DNA of 64,000 nucleotides from Clostridia bacterium (GTDB lineage Bacteria; Bacillota; Clostridia; Oscillospirales; Acutalibacteraceae): NCBI GenBank assembly GCA_017554405.1, contig JAFZIK010000016.1, positions 2,699 to 66,698 of the forward strand, read 5' to 3'. Shown piece by piece: positions 56,826 to 64,000 of this stretch (position 1 is its first letter; each line of letters starts with the position of its first letter). The notes under the pieces were generated by a model. It saw only the letters and a program-made list of their open reading frames with translations, ran no database searches and was not told where the DNA came from. The position numbers and the translations under genes were made by a program.

Positions 56826-57737
56826 ATGTCAAGAGGTTTCATAACTATGGCATACGGCGAAAAATACTGCAGACTTGCCGAACATCTTTATATGTCATAC
56901 AAATTGTTCGGCAACTGTGATTATCCGTTTTATTGTATAACTGACAGCAGGAGTGCTGACAGTCTCAGAAAAACTTTTGACGGAGTTATAGTTAAAGATA
57001 ATTTTGTGAAGTCGACCTCGGACAAACTGATGTTTTTTACCGATAATCCCTTTGATGAATCAGTTTTTATTGATTCGGATTGCAGTATTGTTAATGATGT
57101 AAACTACATTTTTGATTTATTCTCAGAAAACGGTTCACCTATAAGTGCGATTGCAGATATTAAGGATTTAAGGGAAAAGCAAAAGGGACGCCAGTTTGGA
57201 GTAAACGCAATAAAAGAATTATGCATCACCAAAGACTTTCCGAATTTTAATGGCGGAGTTTATTATTATAGAAAAACCGATTTAACCAATATATATGTTG
57301 ATTTTATGATAAATGATGTACTCCCCAATTATCACTATTACGGTTGCTTAAGCGATGACAAGAATATTGTGATATATGATGAACCAATAGTGATATTATG
57401 TATGCTGAAATATGGGTTTATACCTGTGCCGCCAAGTAAAAACATTATGTATTTGGTTCACAATAAAACAAGAGTTAAATGGAATATGAAAAATCATATT
57501 TCTACATACAAGTGGTATGAATGTATCGTTCACCCTACAATCATACATTGGAAAGTCGGTGGAACCGAGACTTTTAATTATGAAAAATATGACGCGAAAA
57601 TCAGGGGACTTTTTTACAAAAGCAGGAAACTTTCAATAATTAAAAATCAAATAATTGCTTTTGGGAAGTATTACGTTTATCCTAAACTTTTAAAAATCTC
57701 TCCTAAGTTTAGGAATATCATAATTAAAAATCGGTAA
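56826..57737 (+). CDS. Uncharacterised DxD protein, possible GT-A (GT8-like) transferase; paralog B
   Basis: RBS GGAGGTG. Paralog of the 53380 gene. DSD motif (VFIDSDCSIV) and NGGVYYYRK. Confidence 0.4.
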   Translation: MSRGFITMAYGEKYCRLAEHLYMSYKLFGNCDYPFYCITDSRSADSLRKTFDGVIVKDNFVKSTSDKLMFFTDNPFDESVFIDSDCSIVNDVNYIFDLFSENGSPISAIADIKDLREKQKGRQFGVNAIKELCITKDFPNFNGGVYYYRKTDLTNIYVDFMINDVLPNYHYYGCLSDDKNIVIYDEPIVILCMLKYGFIPVPPSKNIMYLVHNKTRVKWNMKNHISTYKWYECIVHPTIIHWKVGGTETFNYEKYDAKIRGLFYKSRKLSIIKNQIIAFGKYYVYPKLLKISPKFRNIIIKNR

Positions 57738-57742
57738 TCAAA

Positions 57743-58885
57743 ATGAAAACTATACTTTTTATTCTCCCCTCACTCACACTTGGCGGACTTGAGCGGGTTC
57801 AGGTAACGCTGGCAAACGCACTGGCTGATAAGGGTTATGACGTGACGGTTATGGTGCTTGAAAACCGGCTTGACCTTAAAAACGAGTTGGACAGACGCGT
57901 GCATTTGATATATAAACCTTATAAACCGCATAAAGTAATGCGACGCATTCCCTATATCCGCCATAAGTTCTATGACGACGGTATGTGGGAAACACGCGCC
58001 ACACCCAAAAAGCTTTATAAGTATTATATCGGCAATGAAAAATTCGATATTGAAGTCGGCTTTTTCAGAGGTCTGGCAGTTAAGGTCATAAGCGGCTCAA
58101 CAAATAAAGCATCTAAAAAACTCGCGTGGGTACATAGCGACTTTAAACTCTGCGGCGGTGTTACCAATAACTTTAAATCTCTTGAAGAAGTAAAGATCGC
58201 ATACTCAAAATACGATAGCATAGTGTGTGTATCACATCAGACGGAAAAGAGCTTTAATGAAGTAATAGGGCTTCAAGGCAAAACCGTTACTATTTATAAT
58301 ATGTTGCCTGTAGAGAAAATTCTGTCAGCGGCACAAGAACCGATTAATATTGAAAAAAACAAGTTTACCGTTTTATCGGTCGGGCATCTTACAGAGGCTA
58401 AAGGTTACGACCGCCTGATCGAAGCGGTAAAACGATTAAATCAAAACGGTTTTGACTTTGATTTATGGCTTGTCGGCTACGGCGAGGATGAAGACAAGCT
58501 TAAAGAATATGCAAAAGAAAATGAACTCAATAACATTAATTTTTTGGGCTATCAAAAGAATCCTTATAAATATATGAAAGCCGCGGACCTTTATGTTTGC
58601 TCATCGCGCTATGAAGGTTTTAACCTGACCGTTGCCGAAGCGCTCATTTTAGAAACACCGGTATTGAGCACCGATTGCACCGGCCCTGCTGAAATTTTGG
58701 ATGGCGGCAAATACGGTATGCTCGTTGACAACAGCACCGACGGGTTGTATAATGGAATTCGTAGCTTTTTAAGCAATACCGACCTTTTAGATGCATATTG
58801 CCAAAAGGCGGGTTTAAGAAAACCGTTTTTTGATGGTGAAAATACTTATAAAAAAATAATAAATCTATTTGGAGAAAATAAATGA
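57743..58885 (+). CDS. GT4 glycosyltransferase
   Basis: Motifs ILFILPSLTLGGLERVQVTLANALADKGYDVTV and SSRYEGFNLTVAEALILETPVLSTDCTGPAEIL. Confidence 0.8.
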   Translation: MKTILFILPSLTLGGLERVQVTLANALADKGYDVTVMVLENRLDLKNELDRRVHLIYKPYKPHKVMRRIPYIRHKFYDDGMWETRATPKKLYKYYIGNEKFDIEVGFFRGLAVKVISGSTNKASKKLAWVHSDFKLCGGVTNNFKSLEEVKIAYSKYDSIVCVSHQTEKSFNEVIGLQGKTVTIYNMLPVEKILSAAQEPINIEKNKFTVLSVGHLTEAKGYDRLIEAVKRLNQNGFDFDLWLVGYGEDEDKLKEYAKENELNNINFLGYQKNPYKYMKAADLYVCSSRYEGFNLTVAEALILETPVLSTDCTGPAEILDGGKYGMLVDNSTDGLYNGIRSFLSNTDLLDAYCQKAGLRKPFFDGENTYKKIINLFGENK

Positions 58886-58886
58886 T

Positions 58887-60020
58887 ATGAAGTCAAAACC
58901 CGGACGAGTGGCAATACTAACCCGAACAAGCACAAACAATTTCGGCACTATCTTGCAGGCGTATGCATTACAAAACTATATATCATCGTTGGGATTTGAA
59001 GTTTATGTTATAGACGACTCCATACCACGAAAGGAATACGTCAACGTATCAACTCTTGAAAAGCCTAATCAATCTGTTAAAGCGCGTATTTATAACTGTT
59101 TTGACCATTTGATTGAGAAAATACAGTTAATTTATTACTTAAAATTTAAGCAGAATACTGCGAACTTTAAAAAAAAACATATAAGGTATTATAAGCCCAA
59201 AAGTACACAAGAACTTAATTCAAAATTTGATATATTTGTAAGCGGCAGTGATCAGATCTGGGCTAATGCCGCAGAGCCTTTATTGTTTCCGTTTTTTATG
59301 CAGGATTTTGTATCAGATGAAAAAGCTCAAATTTCTTATGCCGTAAGTATAGGTGAGAGTGTGTTCCCTGAATCAAAGAAGGAATTAGTAAATAAACTAG
59401 TAAACCGGTTTGACTATTTATCTGTGCGAGAACTTCCATCGAAACAAATGCTTAGGCAATATACCGATAAGAGTATATCCGTCACTTGTGACCCAGTTCT
59501 TCTTTTAAAGAATGAAATTTGGGATATAATTGCCGGGAAAAGAAAAGTGAAGGAAAAATACATTTTTTGTTATTTTTTATCTGAAAATTCATGGTACTGT
59601 AAAAAAGTCCAAGAACTGACTGAGTTTTATGGTTTTCAGGCGTATATTGTTGGAAAAAAGCATAATAACTTTACTGCTACAAAATTCAAATATATTGAGA
59701 ATTGTTCGCCTGAAGACTTTTTGAATTATATAAAATATTCAAGTTTTGTTCTCACCGATTCTTTCCATGCAACACTTTTTTCGATTATTTTTGGCAGTAG
59801 TTTCAACGTTTTTGAACGTTTCAAAGACAAAACAAACACTCAAAACAATAGGTTGCTTTACATATTAGACAGATTCAGTATAAAAAGTTTATATATCAAA
59901 AATTCCGAACCTCTTAACTTTGAAAAGGTTGATTACAGTGCCATAAAAGATTATATCAATTCTTTTGCTGAAGAATCTAAACAATATTTATATTCCGCTC
60001 TTTGTTCGTATGATTTGTAA
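58887..60020 (+). CDS. Polysaccharide pyruvyl transferase family protein (2)
   Basis: Motifs VAILTRTSTNNFGTILQAYALQNYI, SGSDQIWA, DPVLLL and LTDSFHATLFSIIFGSSFNVF. I prefer ATG 58887, 12 nt after GGAG, over TTG 58869. Confidence 0.8.
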   Translation: MKSKPGRVAILTRTSTNNFGTILQAYALQNYISSLGFEVYVIDDSIPRKEYVNVSTLEKPNQSVKARIYNCFDHLIEKIQLIYYLKFKQNTANFKKKHIRYYKPKSTQELNSKFDIFVSGSDQIWANAAEPLLFPFFMQDFVSDEKAQISYAVSIGESVFPESKKELVNKLVNRFDYLSVRELPSKQMLRQYTDKSISVTCDPVLLLKNEIWDIIAGKRKVKEKYIFCYFLSENSWYCKKVQELTEFYGFQAYIVGKKHNNFTATKFKYIENCSPEDFLNYIKYSSFVLTDSFHATLFSIIFGSSFNVFERFKDKTNTQNNRLLYILDRFSIKSLYIKNSEPLNFEKVDYSAIKDYINSFAEESKQYLYSALCSYDL

Positions 60021-60068
60021 CACTAATATTACAAAACACTTAAAACGGTTTTAGCTTGGAGTAATGGT

Positions 60069-60911
60069 ATGCAAAAACAATGGACGGCGGTAATACGCCC
60101 TAAAAACAATTTATTGGATTTAAAACTTAAAGAAGTTTGGAAATACCGTGACCTTGTGCGGCTTTTTGTTGTGCGCGATTTCAAAACGCGTTACAAACAG
60201 ACCATATTAGGCCCATTATGGTTTATAATTCAGCCGCTTTTTACAACGGTCATTTATAATTTTGTCTTCGGTAATATTGCAGGGCTATCGACCGACGGCA
60301 TGCCGGGTTTCCTTTTCTATATGGCGGGCAACGTGCCATGGCTTTATTTTTCGACCTGTATTACAAACACTTCAAACACTTTTGTTAATAACGCCGCTGT
60401 GTTCGGTAAGGTATATTTCCCCCGGCTTACAACACCCATTTCAACGGTTATAACTTCAGTTCTTAATTTCCTTATCCAGTTTGCAATGTTCCTTATCTTT
60501 TGGGTTTATTTTATTATTCAAGGCGCACCAATACAAATAAACTGGGTGGCGGCGCTTACTCCCGTTTTTGTAATACAAATGGCAATCCTCGGTATGGGAT
60601 TCGGTATAATTATTTCATCACTTACTACCAAATATCGCGATTTGCAGGTGCTTGTAAGTTTTGGTGTTTCCCTTTGGATGTATGCAACACCGGTAATATA
60701 TTCATCATCCACACTGTCACCCAAAATGTATACTGCTTTAATGCTTAACCCTATGTCCCCGATAATAGAACTTATGCGCTACGGCTGGCTTGGCGCCGGA
60801 AAGACTCCGTTTGTATTCTGGGGTATTAGTTGGGTAACTACGTTTATCGTGCTGTTTTTAGGTATAATAATCTTCAATAAGGTTGAAAAGACCTTTATGG
60901 ATACCGTTTGA
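60069..60911 (+). CDS. wzm: ABC-2-type polysaccharide/teichoic-acid export permease (Wzm/TagG-like)
   Basis: Signature FVVRDFKTRYKQTILGPLWFIIQPL and six TM segments, followed by the ATPase gene. Confidence 0.85.
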   Translation: MQKQWTAVIRPKNNLLDLKLKEVWKYRDLVRLFVVRDFKTRYKQTILGPLWFIIQPLFTTVIYNFVFGNIAGLSTDGMPGFLFYMAGNVPWLYFSTCITNTSNTFVNNAAVFGKVYFPRLTTPISTVITSVLNFLIQFAMFLIFWVYFIIQGAPIQINWVAALTPVFVIQMAILGMGFGIIISSLTTKYRDLQVLVSFGVSLWMYATPVIYSSSTLSPKMYTALMLNPMSPIIELMRYGWLGAGKTPFVFWGISWVTTFIVLFLGIIIFNKVEKTFMDTV

Positions 60912-60928
60912 TTTGTGAGGTGAGTAAT

Positions 60929-62230
60929 ATGCCCGAAGAAAAAGATATTGCGATACAAATAAACGGTCTTAAAAAACGTTATCGCTTGGGCGTTATCGGC
61001 GGCGGAACACTGCAAGGTGATATTCAAAGCTGGTGGGCGCGCGTTCGCGGCAAAGAAGACCCCAACCTTAAGATAGGCAAGGTTGCCGGCAATAGAAATG
61101 AAACCTTTATGGCGCTTGACGGCATTGATTTGACCGTTTATAAAGGCGAGCGTTTGGGCATTATAGGCCATAACGGTGCCGGTAAATCGACGCTTTTGAA
61201 GCTCTTGTCACGTGTTACAGCTCCAACAGAGGGTGAGATTTGTATTGACGGCAGGATTTCTTCTATGCTAGAAGTAGGCACCGGATTTAACCGGGAACTA
61301 ACAGGCAGAGAAAACATATATCTAAACGGCGCTATACTTGGTATGACGACGGCTGAAGTAGACTCGAAAATTGAGCAGATAATAGAATTCTCCGAATGTG
61401 CAAAATTTATTGATACGCCTGTTAAACGTTATTCAAGCGGAATGTATGTAAAGCTTGCCTTTGCTGTTGCTGCGCATCTTGACAGTGAAATACTTATAAT
61501 GGACGAAGTTTTAGCGGTCGGCGATATGGCATTTCAGCAAAAATGCCTTGGAAAAATGAGCGATGTATCCACAACCGAAGGCAGAACTGTTTTATATGTA
61601 AGCCACAATATGAATACTATACGCCAGCTTTGCGACCGATGTATAGTTATGGAGCATGGTAAGATTATTTTTAATGGTGATGTTGAGGAAGCAATAAGTG
61701 TTTATATGAATTCTGCTTTCAAAAAAACATCATATATAGATTTGTTGGAAGTGAAACGCGCAAAGGAATATATGGGGGAAAAGGCAAGAATTAAAAGCTT
61801 TGAATTCATAAAGAATAAAGCTTCTTTCCTACATGATGAAGAAATTGAATTCTGTGTTAAGTTAATAGCTAATCAACCTTTAAGTAATATGCGAATTCGT
61901 CTTGAAATCAGTTATGCAGATATGACAAAAATAGGAATATCCGAATCAAAAACCTTTTCAAAAATAGATGAAGGTGAAAATGAATTTTATTTTTCCTATA
62001 AGCCCGGAATTCTGCCTAAAGGAAAGTATATTATTGCCTTGGATTTGTACGGCTTTGGAGATAATTTTACTCATCAAACAATTGATCATCCCGTGTATAA
62101 TATCGGCTTTGAGATCTTAGACAATGAAGGAGAGAAATTAGTTTGGAACCATAATTATATGGGACATGTGCGCCTTGGCACAATTGTTTGCGATAATATG
62201 ATACATTTGAGAGGCCAAAATAATGGATGA
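60929..62230 (+). CDS. wzt: ABC polysaccharide export ATP-binding protein (Wzt/TagH-like) with a C-terminal extension of about 170 aa
   Basis: ATG 60929 follows the RBS GAGGTGAG. Walker A (GHNGAGKST), YSSGMYVKLAF and Walker B (LIMDEVLAVGD). The beta-rich C-terminal extension (RIKSFEFI...IEFCVKL...GKYIIALDLYG) resembles the Wzt_C carbohydrate-binding domain. Confidence 0.85.
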   Translation: MPEEKDIAIQINGLKKRYRLGVIGGGTLQGDIQSWWARVRGKEDPNLKIGKVAGNRNETFMALDGIDLTVYKGERLGIIGHNGAGKSTLLKLLSRVTAPTEGEICIDGRISSMLEVGTGFNRELTGRENIYLNGAILGMTTAEVDSKIEQIIEFSECAKFIDTPVKRYSSGMYVKLAFAVAAHLDSEILIMDEVLAVGDMAFQQKCLGKMSDVSTTEGRTVLYVSHNMNTIRQLCDRCIVMEHGKIIFNGDVEEAISVYMNSAFKKTSYIDLLEVKRAKEYMGEKARIKSFEFIKNKASFLHDEEIEFCVKLIANQPLSNMRIRLEISYADMTKIGISESKTFSKIDEGENEFYFSYKPGILPKGKYIIALDLYGFGDNFTHQTIDHPVYNIGFEILDNEGEKLVWNHNYMGHVRLGTIVCDNMIHLRGQNNG

Positions 62231-63389
62231 CGGCATTTTAATATTTTGCGGACGTATTGAAAGCGCCGTGGGCAAAATTGCATACTCGACCAGTAAATTA
62301 TTAATTGAAGACGGCAAAAACTGTTATTTTTTAGGACTTAACAGCACTTTTGGCTATAGGCGTTCACCTTTTGACTATTCCGTAAACTCAAAAGTTTACT
62401 TGTTGAAATACTTTCTTAAAAAAAGCGAAACTTCTTTTAAAATAAAACGACTGTTCTTTCTGTTTTTATATAAAACTTTTGATGCCATTTTCAACGACCA
62501 TATACATGGTGTAGAAAACAACAAAAAAATAATTAAAAAAAGACTTAATAGGCTTATCAAGCGATTTAAAATCAAGAGAATAATCTCTTTCTATATGCCA
62601 AATGAAATCTTAGCAATATCCTATGATATTTGCCAAAAAAAAAGCATTGAATTCTTACCGTTTTTATTAGATAATGCAAAGCATGAACACGAAACTGATT
62701 ATGATTTGTATTTTTCTATTTCGCCGAGAATTCTATGCCTTCCTTGGGTTCTAAATGATGATTGGTTTGTTAAAAAGTATCATAAAAAAATTGTTGAATT
62801 AGATTTACCGATAATTCCATGGAGCAACAAACCAGTATTAAAAAAAAGTACGTCTGCCGGCATTTCCTTTATACTATTTGGCGCTTTATATAAAGACATA
62901 CGTAATCCGGCTTTATTATTCGATTCATTAATGAAACTGAATAAAGATTTTATAATTAAAACATTTTGCTCGGGATGCAATGACATATTGTCAGAATATA
63001 AATCCTTAATGCCTAAAAAAGTTATAGTAAACGACAGAGTGACCATTGATGTGTTGCACGACGAAATTGCCCTTTCTGATTTCGTGATAATAATTGGAAA
63101 TACTGTTTCAAATCAAATGCCCAGTAAAATATATGAAATTATCGGCAGCGGAAAGCCAATTATGTATTTTTATCAGAATTGCGATGATTTGGGTTTAAAT
63201 CTTGTTAAAAGGTATCCCTTAGCAATAGTGGTAAATTATTCTGATTTATCAAATGAAAACGAGTTAAATCGAATAATCAACTGGTGTGAATCAAACAAAG
63301 GGAAACGGTTAAGTTATAATGATTATATAAATAACTATCCTGAGTGTTCTATAGACCGTTTCGTAAAAGAGATTTGTAATACATTATAG
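62223..63389 (+). CDS. Hypothetical protein, weak GT-B-like C-terminal half
   Basis: Overlaps the wzt stop (ATGGATGA). Very low GC. The only recognisable block, MPSKIYEIIGSGKPIMYF, resembles the GT4 acceptor/donor loop. I recall no other motif. Confidence 0.35.
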   Translation: MDDGILIFCGRIESAVGKIAYSTSKLLIEDGKNCYFLGLNSTFGYRRSPFDYSVNSKVYLLKYFLKKSETSFKIKRLFFLFLYKTFDAIFNDHIHGVENNKKIIKKRLNRLIKRFKIKRIISFYMPNEILAISYDICQKKSIEFLPFLLDNAKHEHETDYDLYFSISPRILCLPWVLNDDWFVKKYHKKIVELDLPIIPWSNKPVLKKSTSAGISFILFGALYKDIRNPALLFDSLMKLNKDFIIKTFCSGCNDILSEYKSLMPKKVIVNDRVTIDVLHDEIALSDFVIIIGNTVSNQMPSKIYEIIGSGKPIMYFYQNCDDLGLNLVKRYPLAIVVNYSDLSNENELNRIINWCESNKGKRLSYNDYINNYPECSIDRFVKEICNTL

Positions 63390-63498
63390 TAACAATTTGA
63401 ATAGTATTACTATTCGTGTTAAACCCCTATTTTGTTTTAAGCCAAAGATTCAATTAAACTAGTTAACAATTAAATACAATACTTATAGGAGAAAAATT

Positions 63499-64000
63499 AT
63501 GTCATCATTTAAAAACGCAACACTTATGATCACGGGAGGGACCGGTTCGTTCGGCAACACGGTGCTCAAACACTTTTTGGACAGCGATATCGGCGAGATA
63601 CGCATTTTCTCACGCGATGAGAAAAAGCAGGACGATATGCGCCACGAGCTTCAGGCAAAGCACCCCGACACCGCCGGCAAGGTAAAATTCTTTGTTGGCG
63701 ACGTGCGCGATCCACAGTCTATAGCCGACGCAATGCCGGGCGTTGACTACATATTCCACGCCGCGGCGCTTAAACAGGTGCCTTCCTGCGAATTCTTCCC
63801 GATGCAGGCGGTAAAGACCAACGTTGAAGGGACGGACAACCTTCTGCACGCGGCTATAAACGCAGGCGTTAAGCGTGTCGTATGCCTTTCGACCGACAAG
63901 GCGGCATACCCGATAAACGCTATGGGTATCAGTAAGGCGATGATGGAGCACGTGATCTACGCCAACGCCCGCGTCGCTGCCGAGCGTGGCGGAACGGTTA
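63499..64000 (+). CDS. fnlA: UDP-N-acetylglucosamine 4,6-dehydratase/5-epimerase, CapE/FnlA/WbjB family (5' part; continues beyond window)
   Basis: Not in the ORF track because it is open at the edge. My translation after the RBS AGGAG reads MSSFKNATLMITGGTGSFGNTVLKHFLDSDIGEIRIFSRDEKKQDDMRHEL...HAAALKQVPSCEFFPMQAVKTNVEGT...VCLSTDKAAYPINAMGISKAMME. It is near-identical in pattern to CapE/FnlA as I recall them. GC returns to core level here. Confidence 0.85.
   Translation, partial: MSSFKNATLMITGGTGSFGNTVLKHFLDSDIGEIRIFSRDEKKQDDMRHELQAKHPDTAGKVKFFVGDVRDPQSIADAMPGVDYIFHAAALKQVPSCEFFPMQAVKTNVEGTDNLLHAAINAGVKRVVCLSTDKAAYPINAMGISKAMMEHVIYANARVAAERGGTV

Noticed and set aside
63399-63480. An AT-rich hairpin (GAATAGT-att-ACTATTC, 63399-63415), the palindrome AACTAGTT (63457-63464), a CAATTAAA direct repeat (63451 and 63467) and a TACAAT hexamer (63475-63480) at the low-GC/high-GC junction.
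   Set aside because: Each is weak on its own. The hairpin has no adjacent U-run, and no -35 box lies at a workable spacing. I noted them only as the location of the composition boundary.
49963-63498. The low-GC block as a mobile genetic element or integrated island.
   Set aside because: I found no integrase, transposase, recombinase, tRNA target, terminal inverted repeats or flanking att-like direct repeats. The genes are all glycan-biosynthetic and co-oriented with the rest of the locus. It is reported as a compositional mosaic instead.

Overview
The window comes from a fairly high-GC, endospore-forming Firmicute that looks Clostridia-like. The evidence is a spoIIIA operon, a rimP-nusA-infB operon, mreBCD-PBP2 and cohesin/dockerin modules. 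Positions 1-39.1 kb are conserved housekeeping DNA arranged in long co-directional blocks. These are spoIIIAE-AA (minus); yebC-dus (minus); a 14-kb plus-strand run polA / LMW-PTP::RimI / tsaD / lipid kinase / mreBCD / PBP2 / MinD-like / mgsA / hisS / aspS; a 14.7-kb minus-strand run from a metallophosphoesterase and a PASTA pseudokinase through rimP-nusA-ylxR-ylxQ-infB-rbfA-nrnA-truB-ribF to a dockerin-bearing peptidoglycan hydrolase and a cohesin-like membrane protein; a DD-carboxypeptidase; and a lysine-riboswitch-controlled amino-acid ABC importer. From 39.2 kb to the window edge there is a glycan (capsule or cell-wall polysaccharide) locus of more than 24 kb, all on the plus strand. It has about 12 glycosyltransferases, a Wzy-like polymerase, Wzm/Wzt ABC exporter genes, two pyruvyl transferases, an F420-dehydrogenase-like Fe-S protein and sugar-nucleotide enzymes. 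Its GC content is markedly lower than the core and changes in steps. The most interesting observations are: (1) an Fe-S/pyruvyl-transferase cassette bracketed by an 82-bp direct repeat made from a gene 5' fragment; (2) the mosaic glycan locus, which mixes Wzy-type and ABC-type assembly parts; (3) an adjacent cohesin/dockerin pair tied to a cell-wall hydrolase; (4) a catalytically dead zinc-ribbon/PASTA pseudokinase; (5) a highly structured intergenic element with in-phase heptad YAGAY repeats and an array of mini-hairpins. I found no CRISPR array, transposase, integrase, tRNA or rRNA. All calls rest on reading the sequence and recalling family motifs. No database search was run.
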